Source: Eledone cirrhosa (lineage: Eukaryota). From it: DNA of 64,000 bases. This document shows positions 40,195 to 53,642 of the stretch, piece after piece; the first letter of the stretch is position 1, and each line of letters opens with the position of its first letter. Position numbers and translations under genes: made by a program. Location of the stretch: contig OZ024762.1 in the NCBI GenBank assembly GCA_964016885.1, positions 10,354,001-10,418,000 on the forward strand, in the 5' to 3' direction. A model generated the notes under the pieces. The model was not told the DNA's origin. It made no database searches and saw only the letters and a program-made list of their open reading frames with translations.

Positions 40195-41230
40195 CCAGTG
40201 ATTCTTTCCTGAGACATTCTAACCACATGTCTGTTGTATTGGAGTTGTGATCTCTCAATTCAGAGATTCTTTCCTGAGACATTCTAACCACATGTCCATA
40301 GTATCAGAGCTGTGATCTCTCGATTCAAAGATTCTCTACTAAGACATTCCAACCACATGCCCATAGTATTGGAGCTGTGATCTCTGAACCCAGAGGTTCT
40401 TTCCTGAGACATTCTAACCACATGCCCATAGTATTGGAGCTGTGATCTCTGAACCCAGAGGTTCTTTCCTGAGACATTCTAACCACATGCCCATAGTATT
40501 GGAGCTGTGATCTCTGAACCCAGAGGTTCTTTCCTGAGACATTCTAACCACATGCCCATAGTATTGGAGCTGTGATCTCTCAACCCAGAGGTTCTTTCCT
40601 GAGACGTTATAACCACATGCCCATAGTATTGGAGCTGTGATCTCTGAACCCAGAGATTCTTTCCTGAGACATTCTAAACACATGCCCATAGTATCAGAGC
40701 TGTGATCTCTCAATTCAGAGATTCTTTCCTGAGATATTCTAACCACATGTCTGTAGTATCAGAGCTGTGATCTCTCAAATCAAAGATTCTTTCCTGAGAT
40801 ATTCTAACCACATGTTCATAGTATCAGAGCTGTGATCTCTTGATTCAAAGATTCTTTCCTAAGACATTCTAATCACATTACTATATTATCATTGTTGTAA
40901 TCTCTCAATTCAGAGATTCTTTCCTGAGATATTCTAAGCACATTCCCATAGTGTTGGAGCTGTGATCTCTGAACACAGAGATACTTTCCTGGGACATTAT
41001 AAGCACATGCCCCCCATAGTATCAGAGCTGTGATCTCTCAACCCAGAGGTTCTTTCCTGAGACATTATAACCACATGCCCATAGTATTGGAGCTGTGATC
41101 TCTCAACCCAGAGGTTCTTTCCTGGGACATTATAACCACATGCCCATAGTATTGGAGCTGTGATCTCTCAACCCAGAGATTCTTTCCTGAGACATTATAA
41201 CCAGATGCCAATATTACTGGAGCTGTGATG
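40195..41230 (-). repeat. 65-bp minisatellite, about 16 copies, LINE-derived
   Basis: Units at 40201, 40266, 40331 and onward; minus strand translates ERSQLQYYGHVVRMSQER, homologous to RTE RRLRWYGHVMRM. Confidence 0.9.
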
Positions 41231-41654
41231 GCCCTAGCTGGAACAATTCCTTGACCTCAGCTACACACTCTGTTGAGTAACATTACTTCAAGACCCTTCT
41301 TCTTTGCCCACTTATTCCTTGGAGGGCCGTGGGAGGACAGAGTCCTAAAGCACTCCTTCCAGCGGGTCCAGTCAGAAGCCACTATTTCCAACTGATCCCC
41401 AAGCATGACCAACCAAGCTCATGGATGTTATCCAACCATCTTGCTCAGGGTGGGTCTACTCCTGGGTCTCCTGTCGGTTGCTTTTGCCACAATTTAAGAA
41501 AAAATTTAAAATATATATTTCTGATCTTTTACAGTCAAATAGACGCCGCGGTAGGCTGCTTCACACCTACCAAATGTCTTGATGTGGAAGATATGCCAAC
41601 ATCAGATAAAAATATCTGTAGTAAGTCTTCTTCTTTATATTAATCAATGTTGGG

Positions 41655-42085
41655 TGTCGGACAACATGCTTTGTGGCATATAGTTAGGACCCTTTACGTT
41701 CTGAGTTCAAATCCCGCTGAGGGTAGCTTTGCCATTCATCTTTATGGGTTTGATAAAATAAAGTACCAGTAATGCACTGGGGTTGATTTAATTGACTTTG
41801 CCTTCCCCTTCCATTGCTGGCCTTGTGCCTAAAGTACAAACCATTATTGTTATTATTATTGCTCAAAATTTGTCAACATTACAACACTAACTCGGTGGAA
41901 TGGCAGTATCGGTAGAGAGTCAGACGCCATGCTTTGCAGCACAGAGTTACGGCCCTTTATGATCCGAGTTCAAATCCCGCCGAGGTTAACTTTGCCTTTC
42001 ATCCTTACGGGGTCGATAAAATAAAGTACCAGTAATACACTGGGGTAATTGCTGGCCTTAAGCCAAAAGTGGAGACAATAATAAC
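41655..42085 (+). mobile_element. Two adjacent family-A SINE copies
   Basis: Cores at about 41700-41845 and 41901-42080 match 487-668. Confidence 0.8.
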
Positions 42086-42319
42086 ACTAACTCACGATAT
42101 ATATTTTAATGTTAACCTTAGGAATAGGCCATGACATAAACATATTTGAAACAGCCTGTAATACCAGGGGCAATGGAAACATTTCTAGATTAAGGGCTGA
42201 GGGGGGGGGGGGGGGCAAATTTGGTAAATTTAGTTGTAGTGATTCGTTTAGCTCTTTTCACTCTAAAATGGTGAGAAAATGCAATTTGAGTCCAAGCAGT
42301 TTTCAATAATTTTAAAATG

Positions 42320-43170
42320 ACTAGCAGAAAACCACCCCTAAATATAATATAATTATTAGTGTGGTTCCACTTGCCCTAAATATAATATAATTATTAAGAG
42401 GCTCCACTGGCCCTAAATATAATATAATTATTGGGAAGTTCCACCACCCCTAAATATAATATAATTATTGGGAAGTTCCACCACCCCTAAATATTATATA
42501 ATTATTGGGAGTTCCACCACCCCTAAATATAATATAATTATTGGGAGTTCCACCACCCCTAAATATAATATAATTATTGGGAAGTTCCACCACCCCTAAA
42601 TATTATATAATTATTGGGAGTTCAACCACCCCTAAATATAATATAATTATTGGGAAGTTCCACCACCCCTAAATATAATATAATTATTGGGAAGTTCCAC
42701 CACCCCTAAATATTATATAATTATTGGGAGTTCCACCACCCCTAAATATAATATAATTATTGGGAGTTCCACCACCCCTAAATATAATATAATTATTGGG
42801 AAGTTCCACCACCCCTAAATATTATATAATTATTGGGAGTTCAACCACCCCTAAATATAATATAATTATTGGGACGTTCCACCACCCCTAAATATAATAT
42901 AATTATTGGGAAGTTCCACCACCCCTAAATATAATATAATTATTGGGAGTTCCACCACCCCTAAATATTATATAATTATTGGCAGGGTTCCACCACCCCT
43001 AAATATAATATAATTATTGGCAGGGTTCCACTAGCCCTAAATATAAACTATAATATCAATATGCACACTACACATGCCACCGAAGGGTGGTTTTTCTGCT
43101 AGTGTAATATAATTATTGAGAGGTTACACCACTCCTAAATATGATAAAATTATTGGGGTCTTCCACTGCC
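42320..43170 (+). repeat. 37-39-bp minisatellite (about 20 copies) bounded by Helitron/Helentron-like ends
   Basis: ACTAGCAGAAAACCACCC at 42320 is inverted at GGGTGGTTTTTCTGCTAGT (ends 43103); CCACC-GAAG-GGTGG hairpin just before CTAGT. Confidence 0.7.
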
Positions 43171-44372
43171 GTTAAACCTTGGGAACAGGCCATGATATCA
43201 AATATCTTTAAACCCTTTAGCATTTAAACTGGCCATATCCGACTGCAGCAAGCCACTTATACTGATGTTATGGTATTGTTCTGAAAATAAATATCAAAAT
43301 CTCATAGATTCGATATTATGTGAGATAAATATATAAGATAAATCCTTTACCGTGAAAATATAATAGTAAATATAGAGTAATGTAAATGCTAATGGGTTAA
43401 ACAGCCTCTATTATTAATGCTATCTTCTTTATTTCAGTTCCTTTGAATTCAACCGTGTAAAGAAACTGCTACAATTGAACATTTTGACTTCCCAATGACT
43501 CTTAATATTCTTACCACTGAGAAACGCTTCACCTTTTTCTAAATAAACCAAAAGACTTTCTTGCAAATTATTCAGTTGTTTTGAGTTTTATATTTTATTT
43601 TTATATATATTCCTACATTGTTCTGTGTCATTATATATATGTGTGTGTGTATATATACATATATATATGTGTATATATATATATATATGTGTGTATATAT
43701 ATATATGTATAAATATATGTATATATATACATATATATATATAGGATTTCGCTTCAAGCATAGCTACGGCTTCCTAAATGTTCTTGTAAACATACCGTGT
43801 TTCTTTAGAAATACGAAATTTCTATATATATATGTATATATATATATATATATGTGTATATGTATGTATATATATATATATATATATGTGTATATGTATG
43901 TATATATATATAACAAAGGAGTTGTGGTAAGGAACCAGATGGACCATAACGCAACAGAGTACTCAATACTTAGGGTAGTACAGTGGCTAATAGGAAAATG
44001 TTTGACCTCGACGGCAGAGCTCAAGCCGTTTCGACGGCTATTTCTGGACTGAAATAGCCGTCGAAATGGCTTGAGCTCTGCCATCGGGGTCATACATTTT
44101 CCTATATATATGTGTGTGTGTGTATATACACCTGGCAGAGGGGAAAGCGGCTAATTGGTCTGTCGTCCTTTCTGTCTCTGATTTTTCGGACCCATGGTTT
44201 TTACATATTCCTTTGTTATATTTCGAATACCTGATATCACCGGATTCATATGGAACCCGGTCATTGAAATGATCATGGTATAATAAACCTTTGAGTACTC
44301 TCCACAATATTACACCAAGATTGACCATACGAATGACCAATTCTATTGAGTGGTGAACCAACAAACCTAAAG

Positions 44373-44440
<68 letters not shown>

Positions 44441-44445
44441 ATATA

Positions 44446-44496
<51 letters not shown>

Positions 44497-44548
44497 GTGT
44501 GTATATATATATATATATATGTATGTATATATATATATATATATATAC

Positions 44549-44601
<53 letters not shown>

Positions 44602-44603
44602 TG

Positions 44604-44716
<113 letters not shown>

Positions 44717-44824
44717 ATATATATATATACATTTATGTATATATATGTATGTATATATATGAATGTATATATGTATGTATGTATGCATGTATATATATAT
44801 ATGTATAAACGTTTGTATATGTAT

Positions 44825-45570
44825 AATAAAGCCAAAACAATGCAGGTATGGACATAGAATAAAGAATGCAAAAGATATTGTTGACAATTAGTCTTTTACC
44901 TTAGATTTATTTAAATGTCCTTAATTTTCGAGATAATATCTCTTCTTCAGAGGGAAGTAAAGTGGTTAAACCTTTGTTCTAAATAGCTTGCCAAGTCATG
45001 CGGACAGGAAATGGTATAGAGTATCTGTTCTATCTCTAATATCAAAGAGTTAAGGTTAGGTGGATAAAGAGTAGTCTCCCTTGAGTAGTCTCCTTGTTTT
45101 TTTTTTGTACATGCCTGTTTAAGTGTGTGGGAGAATGCGTGAAGGTGTAAGTATGTGTGTGTGTGTGTGTGTGTGAGTGTGAGAAGATATGTCTATACGT
45201 AAATGTGGGGGATAGATGTTATCTCGTGTTAGAACGGGTCTTTGTGTGTGTAAGAGAGAACAAGTGGAGGTGTAAGCGTGTGTGTGGGAGGGGGGTGTAA
45301 ATATGGGGCTAGATGCTCTATCAAGTTATAAATTGGGTGTTGAGTTCTAGTCTATTATTGATTGGTGGTTGTGTTTTGTCTATAATTAGTGCTTCCTTAA
45401 TTCTAAGATTGCAGAGGTTTCTTTCCTTAGTTTCTATCCTAGCTGTTATGGTTTTGTCGGTGTTTTTGCATTTCACTAGGTGTTTCTTAAATGAGGAAAC
45501 GTTAGTATTGAGGTGTTCTTTTATTCTTATGTGGAGTGGTCTGGTGGTGCTACCTACGTAGAAGTTGCTG
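44825..45570 (-). mobile_element. Penelope-like element 3' end: GIY-YIG C-terminus, 3' UTR and hammerhead-bearing pLTR
   Basis: [31 protein letters not shown] ending at the stop at 45321; about 370 nt downstream on the same strand is CCT-CTGAAGA-AGAGAT(ATT)ATCTC-GAAA-AT-TA-AGG (about 44919-44953). Confidence 0.85.
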
Positions 45571-45599
45571 CATATATATGTATGTATATATATATATAT

Positions 45600-46430
45600 A
45601 TAAAATATTAAAAAAATAATGAATAAAACAATGAAACAGTTCCTTATATTAAACAAAAAAAGTTCATTATTTAACGATCGTTTCTAGGATATATATGTGT
45701 TAGAATTGGCATGCATATTCAACAGATCTATGTACAAAATTATACAAAATTATACAAACTATCAAAATTAAATATACATACCAAACACATATATATGCCG
45801 TCTTCAGAAATAATGAAATATATTTATTGATAATAACAACAATTCAAAATTTCAGGTCTGTTTGGGAACAGAATTCAAATTGACCAATGAAAATACAAAA
45901 AGTTTATGCAGTTAGGTGTGTGTATATACATGTAATTAACTTCGTTCACAGATATGCATAAAGAAATATATATACACACACCTAACTGCATAAACTTTTT
46001 GTATTTTCATTGGTCAATTTGAATTCTGTTCCCAAACAGACCTGAAATTTTGAATTGTTGTTATTATCAATAAATATATTTCATTATTTCTGAAGACGGC
46101 ATATATATGTGTTTGGTATGTATATTTAATTTTGATAGTTTGTATAATTTTGTATAATTTTGTACATAGATCTGTTGAATATGCATGCCAATTCTAACAC
46201 ATATATATCCTAGAAACGATCGTTAAATAATGAACTTTTTTTGTTTAATATAAGGAACTGTTTCATTGTTTTATTCATTATTTTTTTAATATTTTATCTT
46301 GACTCTGTATTCCGTTTATCTTTCACCGAAAGTGATTTTTCATTGCATCTCTTCTTTCCATGATATCCGGATTACATTGAGTTCTTCATACGGATTGGAC
46401 ACTACCGTAAACTCTTGGTAGATTTATCTA
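45600..46430. mobile_element. Young fold-back element inserted in (TA)n, absent from duplicate copy 1
   Basis: 329-bp inverted arms 45600-45928 and 45969-46297, 40-nt spacer, about 130-nt unique tail. Confidence 0.85.
46080..46234 (+). ncRNA. Hammerhead motif with a very long stem II (mirror copy at 45663-45817, minus strand)
   Basis: 10-bp stem I TTCATTATTT/AAATAATGAA; CTGAAGA 46090-46096; 116-nt stem II closed by ATATATATGTGTT/AACACATATATAT; GAAA-CGATCG-TT. Confidence 0.7.
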
Positions 46431-48519
46431 CATATACATATATATCTATGTATATATATATGTATATATATATATGCATATATATGTATGTGTATATATA
46501 TGTATATATATATATATATATGCATATATATGTATGTGTATATATATGTATATATATATATATGTATATATATGTATATATATATATATATATGTATATA
46601 TATGTATATATATCTATATATATCTATATCTATCATCATCGTTTAACGTCTATCTTCCACACTAGCATGGGTTAGATGGGTTTGTCCTATTTAGAGGAGA
46701 GCTGGGTTGGGTGACCGTGACTCACTCATATAGGGCTGTTTTCTACGGCTGGATACCCTTCCTAACGCCAACCACATTTGCAGTGTGGACTGGCTGTTTT
46801 TTACCATGTCACCTACACAATCTCTTTACAGTGTGGACTGGGTGCTTTTTGCCATGTCTCCTACACGACCTCTTTACAGTGTGGACTGGGTGCTTTTGTC
46901 CATGTCTCCTACACGACCTCTTTACAGTGTCGACTGGGTGCTTTTTGCAATGTCTCCTACATGACCACTTTCCCATTGAAAATATCTCTATGTTAATTCA
47001 GAAAAAATGGTAAATCTGATGTAAATGGAATTAAAAATAAGAGATTGATGCAAACAAAAATGTTGAAACCAGGTTATGTGGCAATGACCTCCTAGAGGGG
47101 TATTGTGGAATTAAGTATTGCCTGGTACTTGTGTCAAGTAACAATGATCCAGGGAGGGGCTATGAACGACAGCTGTAATAACATCAACAACAAATATCCA
47201 ACAGTAGTGACAGCTTTCCCACCACCACCAAATAAATAGACAGATAGATAAATATTAAATAGATGAGTCCATTCGTTATGTCAATTATAGTACAGATAAT
47301 ATTGGAAATAGTGTAATAATAATAATAAAATATATATATATATATATATTTATGCAATCAAAAGGTTGTGAGTGCAATTCTCAGACCGAGTGATGTGTTG
47401 TTTCCTTGAGCAAGACACTTTATTTCACGTTGCTCCAGTTTACTCAGCTGTAGAAATGAGATGATAGGGCTGGGGTCCCTATCATTCCACTGTAAAGTGG
47501 TCGTGGGGGTGCCATGGCAAAAAAAAGGCACCCAGCCCACACTGTAAAGTGGTCGTGGAGGTGCCACAGAAAAAAAAGGACCCACCACTCACTGTAAATG
47601 AGGTTGGTGTTAGGAAGGGCATCCAGCTGTAGAAATCATGCCAGAATCGGTTCCCGTCCCAGCCTTGCAAGCAGGGAAAAGCGGACATAAAATAATGATG
47701 ATGATGATGATGATATATAAACAAAATTAGCTCAAATATCGAATCTTGAAATGTGAGTGTATTAGAATTTGTAGTACAATGGAAAAGCTTGGCGTAAAGA
47801 AGCTGTTAAAACAGCAAAATATTGTTGATGTAGCGTTGGGTAAAACATTACCTCGAGGGACAGAGATCAGCGACTCGATTCAAGTTGAATCGAAGAAATG
47901 ATAGGAAGGAAGAAATAGAATGGATGAGAATAGGTGACAAATATTAAAATATGTTCATCAGATCTCAGCCACTGCAGTTTACACACATACATGTTCCCCA
48001 CCAAGGCACAAGTCTGGTCAAGGTGTGTTTGTGGAAGACCAACAGTCACCCATGTATACCAGTCTCCTCTCTCCATGCCACCAATGTTGTCCAAAGGAAA
48101 GGCAATGGCTGATACAACTTGGAACCAGTGATGCCACAACTCATATATACACTCTATATATACATCATGTAAAGTATATATAGACTATGTACATTATCAT
48201 CATCATCGTTTAACGTCCATCTTCCACGCTAGCATTGGTTGAACGGTTTTGTCCCGCTTGAGGCGAGATTGGTCAGGAGACCGTGTCTCGCTCATACAGA
48301 ACTGTCTCTGGCAAGTTTCCTAAGGCTGGAAGTACTTCCTAACATCAACCATATTTACAGTGTGGACTGGGAGCCTTTTTACTGTGTCTCCTACACATTA
48401 TATATACACTATGTACATTATATATACACTATGTTGAGTATATATATACTATGTACTGTATATATACACGATGTACAGTATATATACACTATGTACAGTA
48501 TATATATACTATGTACATA

Positions 48520-49830
48520 ATACTTAGCTTTTGTTGACCTAGAGAAAGCCTTTGATAGTGTACCCCAATCTGTCATCTGGTGATCCCTAAGGAAACTAGG
48601 TGTTGAGGAATGGCTTGTGAGGACAGTGCAAGCTTTGTACAGAGGTGCTGTCTGTAAAGTGAGGGTAGGAATGGAGTTTAGTGAGGAATTCCAGATACAA
48701 GGAAGAGTCCATCAGGGTTCGGTCCTCAGCCCGCTCTTGTTCATTCTAGTCCTCCAAGCCATAACAGAGGAGTTTAAGACTAGCTGCCCATGAGAACTTC
48801 TCTATACTGACAATCTGGTTTTTATAGCAGAATCAGTAGAGGAGCTAGAGAATAAATTCTGGCTATGGAAACAGCAGTTGGACTTAAGAGGACTGAGAGT
48901 GAACCTAGCTAAAACAAAAGTGTTGATAAGTAGAAAAAAGGACAAAACTCTGATGGCCATGTTCGATATGCAGAAAAGGAATTGGCATACATTCTATAAA
49001 ATGTACACAATGCAGATCTTGGGTACACACGAGATGTAGTGGGATAGCAGGCAAACTACCAGGTAGGGAAAACTACGTATGCAGTAGATGTACAGGGAAA
49101 TTTGACAGTAGAAGTCGCATTGATAGACACATTTTTCAAATGCAAGTAGGTTCTATAAAAGTGGTTGATAGCTTCAGTACCTAGGTGATCAGATTAGTAT
49201 GGGAGAGGGGGGGTGGTGGTGTTCCGAGGCCATAGTATCTAGAATAAGGACAGGCTGGAAGAAGTTTAGGGAGCTGCTTCCTCTGGTGACAAAGAAGGGT
49301 TTCTCCCTGCATACAAAAGGTTGGTTGTTTGATGCCTGTGTGAGATGCACAATGTTGCATGGTAGTGAGACATGGGCAGCAACTGCAGAGGATATGCGAA
49401 GGCTGAAGAGAAATGAAGCAAGCATGCTCCATTGGATGTGCAATGTCAATGTGAGTGAAAGACCAAGTATGGACGAGTTGAGAGTGAAACTCTATAAGAA
49501 GGATAAACTGCAGTGTGCGGGAGAAAAGACTGCGTTGGTATGGCCATGCGATGCGTATGCAGGATTACCGCAGGGTGAAGAAGTGCCAAGTAATCCCAGT
49601 GGGAGGAATATGCAGTAGAGGAAGACCAAGGAAGATATGGGCAGAGGTAGTGAGAGCTGACCTCAGATCGTTGAAGCTCAGAGGAGATGATGAAGGAGAG
49701 ATGCTGCGCTGAAGAGGATCTGTCCCACCCTTATAAGCAGGGAAAAGTGGATGTATAATGATGATGATATATATATATATGTCCCACCCTTGCAAGCAGG
49801 GAAAAGCAGACGTAAAATGAAAATGATGAT
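48520..49830 (+). mobile_element. Decayed RTE LINE (duplicate of 19790-21100)
   Basis: Near-identical, with an extra stop (TGG to TGA) at about 48791. Confidence 0.9.
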
Positions 49831-51003
49831 ATATATATAGATAGATAGATAAATATGTGTATATATATATATATATTTATACTTATACGTCATGGTGGCT
49901 ACAGGTGCCAATAGGAAGAAACCGGACAATCCTCTGATATTTGTTTATCTTCCTTTCCTTCGTGGGCCGCGGTACCCGGGTTTGTGGCCGAAGCGACCAA
50001 GTTGAAATCGGCCACTGGTGGTTGATATCACCAGGTTAGGAAACCCTGATTTAGTCGCTCCAGTTATTACTTCGTTAGACATAGTCCGTAATTGAAATTA
50101 AAGCCTAAAGGTGTACTAAAGCCACAAACGTTTTTCTATCTATGAATTATTAGTGGTGTAAACAGATGAATTAAAGTCAAAGTTAACAAATATATCACCA
50201 AGAAGAATATCTAAGGATTTCCAAAGTGTAAAGTCAGCTCAAGCCTGGAGACTTATCAAGCAGGTGCCTGTCCCAGTTCCTGTAGCGTAAAGGGACTGAG
50301 AGTACATGACTTCCCCCTGGACATGATGTCAGTCGATCGCAGGGTTAACCCCCCACCTATGTGAAATGAAGTTTTTGCTCAAGTAAAACAACTAACAACA
50401 CAGTTCAGGAATCGAATACACATATGATCGTAAGACCACGGGCCTCCACTATCGAAGGATCTACCCTTCATTAAAGAATACATTAGACTTATGCTTACGT
50501 CGCCGACATAATTATGGTTGGTCGGAAAGGACATTACTGAAAATAAAGAATGAACAACTAAAGGAAGACAACAGAAACGGTCCCTCCTATCTGAAATATT
50601 AAGGAAGGAATCTACACAGGAGGGCCCATCTTCCTACCAAAAGAATTATTTTAACAAGCCTACATCCTACTGAGCCCAAGAAAGGGGCCTCATAACTAGA
50701 ACAGGCCTCATTTGTCCTAAATACGGAGCTGACTTTACATATAATTATATATATGCATATGTATATATATATAGTATGTGTGTGTGTATGAAGATGTATG
50801 ACCCCTAGCAAACCAAACTACAGTTACTCCCCAACATGGAGAGCAAATTAAAACATTACCTGTTAGAGACGAACGTGAAATGATTTGTGAGTGAACTACC
50901 GGTGTAACAGTAATTATGTTACCGGTGTAACTATTTCTGTTTACCTTATTTTTAAATCACACTCCTATATTAGTTTAGTGACCTTTCAATTCAAATAAAT
51001 TCT

Positions 51004-51410
51004 TGATGATGAGTGAACTCGCATCGGAGTAGCCCAACGCCTTGGCCTCCGCGTGTGTGAGCCACATAAATGCTCTCAACGACATAATGAGAAGAAGCCT
51101 GGACGCAGCTGACTTTCCATCTCAACAGGAGCCAGCAGGCCTAGGCCGCGGAGATGGCAAGCACCCCGAGGGAATCACCCTCTTCCCATTCGAAGGAGGT
51201 AGATCCACAAACATCGCTGCCCGTCTCGCAGATAAACAAATTCCGGTGTTTGTCCTGGCGCTTCTTCTACGCACCAGCCGCCGTCGAGACCCCAGGCCTA
51301 CTTGGACCCATTACAGCTGAGCTCCTCCGCAACATCGGAGTGTCTGTGGCCCGTCTGAGGATGGAGTCCCACAAGGTTGGATGCCTGTTGCAGCAGGTGT
51401 CACTGCCCTT
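51004..51410 (+). mobile_element. RLE-type retrotransposon remnant (duplicate of 22310-22720)
   Basis: Same sequence with a 6-bp deletion. Confidence 0.6.
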
Positions 51411-51626
51411 ACATATATATACGTAAATGTTCCCTTGACTGCTATTTCTAGCATATATTAATAGACACTTTAGAAACAGAAGCTAAAAATCTGGAAACAA
51501 CAGTGTGTGTCTGTATATATATACACAGAGAGAAAGAGAGAGATATAGAGAGAGCAGCCAAAGACACACACACATACACATAGGTGTATGTCTGCATGTA
51601 TGTATATATATGTGTGTCTGTGCGTC

Positions 51627-51664
<38 letters not shown>

Positions 51665-51680
51665 TTATTTATATTTATAT

Positions 51681-52865
51681 CAGTGATCCCCAACCTTTAA
51701 TTAAACAAACCTGCTATGTAGCGATGATCAAATTAAACACCAAAATGTAAACAAACAGCCCATAGGTGCTGCCGGATACACGATAACATGTGTAGACGAA
51801 GTAAAACTTTTATTACTGTAATATAAAGTAGAAACCCCTTATTTAAACAAAGCTGCGATGCAGCGATGATCAAAACAAACCTCAAAATGTCAACAAACTT
51901 CTCGTAGGTGCTGTCAGATACACGATAACATGTGTATCTGGAAGTTTGGTCGTATTATATCACTTTCAAATTGACCCCTATTATATTCAAATTATCCCCT
52001 GTGGGGCGTGCACCCCACGTTGAGAATCCCTCATAAATAAATATATGTGAGTGTGTTGCTATGACTGCTATTTCTAGCAGGTTTACTGCAGTCCTGTAGA
52101 CGCACAACAAAAACCGGAAGTGGCAGCCATTAAAAAACTTTGGCTTAAAATCAGGCAAAAGTTTTTTAACAATTTGCCAAGAAAGATAACTCTTGTCTTA
52201 CTTAATCGCAAAAATCGAGGCAAAAATTTTGCGGGTGTGCAGTTTGTTTGGTGTATTTGACTGCTATTTCTAGCATGTATAGACACTTTAGAAATAGCAG
52301 CGAAACACGGGAAACATCAGAAAGAAGGACACACACATTTTTGTCTCGATTTTTGCGATTAAGTAAGACAAGAGTTATCTTTCTTGGCAAAAACACCCTG
52401 GTTTGTTTACATTAAATTTTCTATTGTTTAAAAACTTTTGCCTGATTTTAAGTCAAAGTTTTTTAATGGCTGCCACTTCCTGTTTTTGGTGTGCGTCTAC
52501 AGGACTGCAGAAAACCTGCTAGAAATAGCAGCCATAGCAACACACTCACATATATTTATTCATGAGGGATTCTCAACGTGGGGTGCACGCCCCACAGGGG
52601 ATAATTTGAAAGTGATATAATACGACCCAACTCCCTGTTACACTTCGTCTACAGATGTTATCGTGTATCTGGCAGCACCTGCGAGAAGTTTGTTGACATT
52701 TTGATCATCGCTGCATCGCAGCTTTGTTTAAATAAAGGGTTTCTACTTTATATTACAGTAATAACACTTTTACAAGACTCGGATTGTTTTTATATTAAAG
52801 GGGGTACATAAACATATTTTAAATGTCGAGGTGGGGCATGGTGCAGAGAAGGTTTTAAACCACTG
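51681..52865. mobile_element. hAT-like fold-back element (duplicate of 22993-24177)
   Basis: Essentially identical sequence. Confidence 0.75.
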
Positions 52866-53642
52866 ATATATATTTATTTATGCCCTTCTTTCTGTTGTTT
52901 TTTAAACTCTGAACTCAGCACCTTTCTGTTGTTCTCCGGGATTCTAGCAAAGTATAATAATATATATACAAATATATATATATATCTGGCAGTCAACCTC
53001 AGACTCGAAAAAGCCGCCGCTAGTCGTGATCGTTGGGGTTATAATTAGACTAAAGTGCTTCCACATTGCACCATTAGCTGGTTGTGATCATTGGAGAATT
53101 TCTTTCTGCGCTGAAAGAGCCTAGGACTAAAAGATATAAATATATATAGATGTCGAAACGGCAGTAGCACAGCCGTTGGGGTCCTGAATATTTTCACATC
53201 TATATATGCGTGTGTATTCTGCGACATTTATAATTACATAAGCAAGCATATTTGAATAACAAAATTTGAGGTTTAAATACTTTATTTTTTACCAATAACA
53301 TAGAGAAAGGCATGAACAACACCACATGTTAATTACTTTAATATTGAAAGTAGGCTTATAAATATTAAAAAAGCAGATTTTTGTATCTTTCATGGTGGTC
53401 TGGTGGGTGATACCAGAGATGGTGGTAGTCCTGGTTTCGATTTCAATCCTAGTCATGGGTTACATATAAGATTTCAATTTTTTTGACTGGGGTGAAGTGT
53501 CTGTCGGTAGAGATCTCAACTCTCACCATACGAAATATATTCAGAAAGAGATATTTCTCCACGCCATCAGTTATCTCGTCTTCATTCCGTTTCTATATAT
53601 ATATTTTTTTAATAAATAAAGTTCTAACTATAAGTACGACTA

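Noticed and set aside
44227-44281. Hammerhead-like fold (ATAC-CTGATAT..GAAA-TGATCA-TG-GTAT)
   Set aside because: The core deviates at CTGANGA and at the cleavage triplet; at best a dead copy
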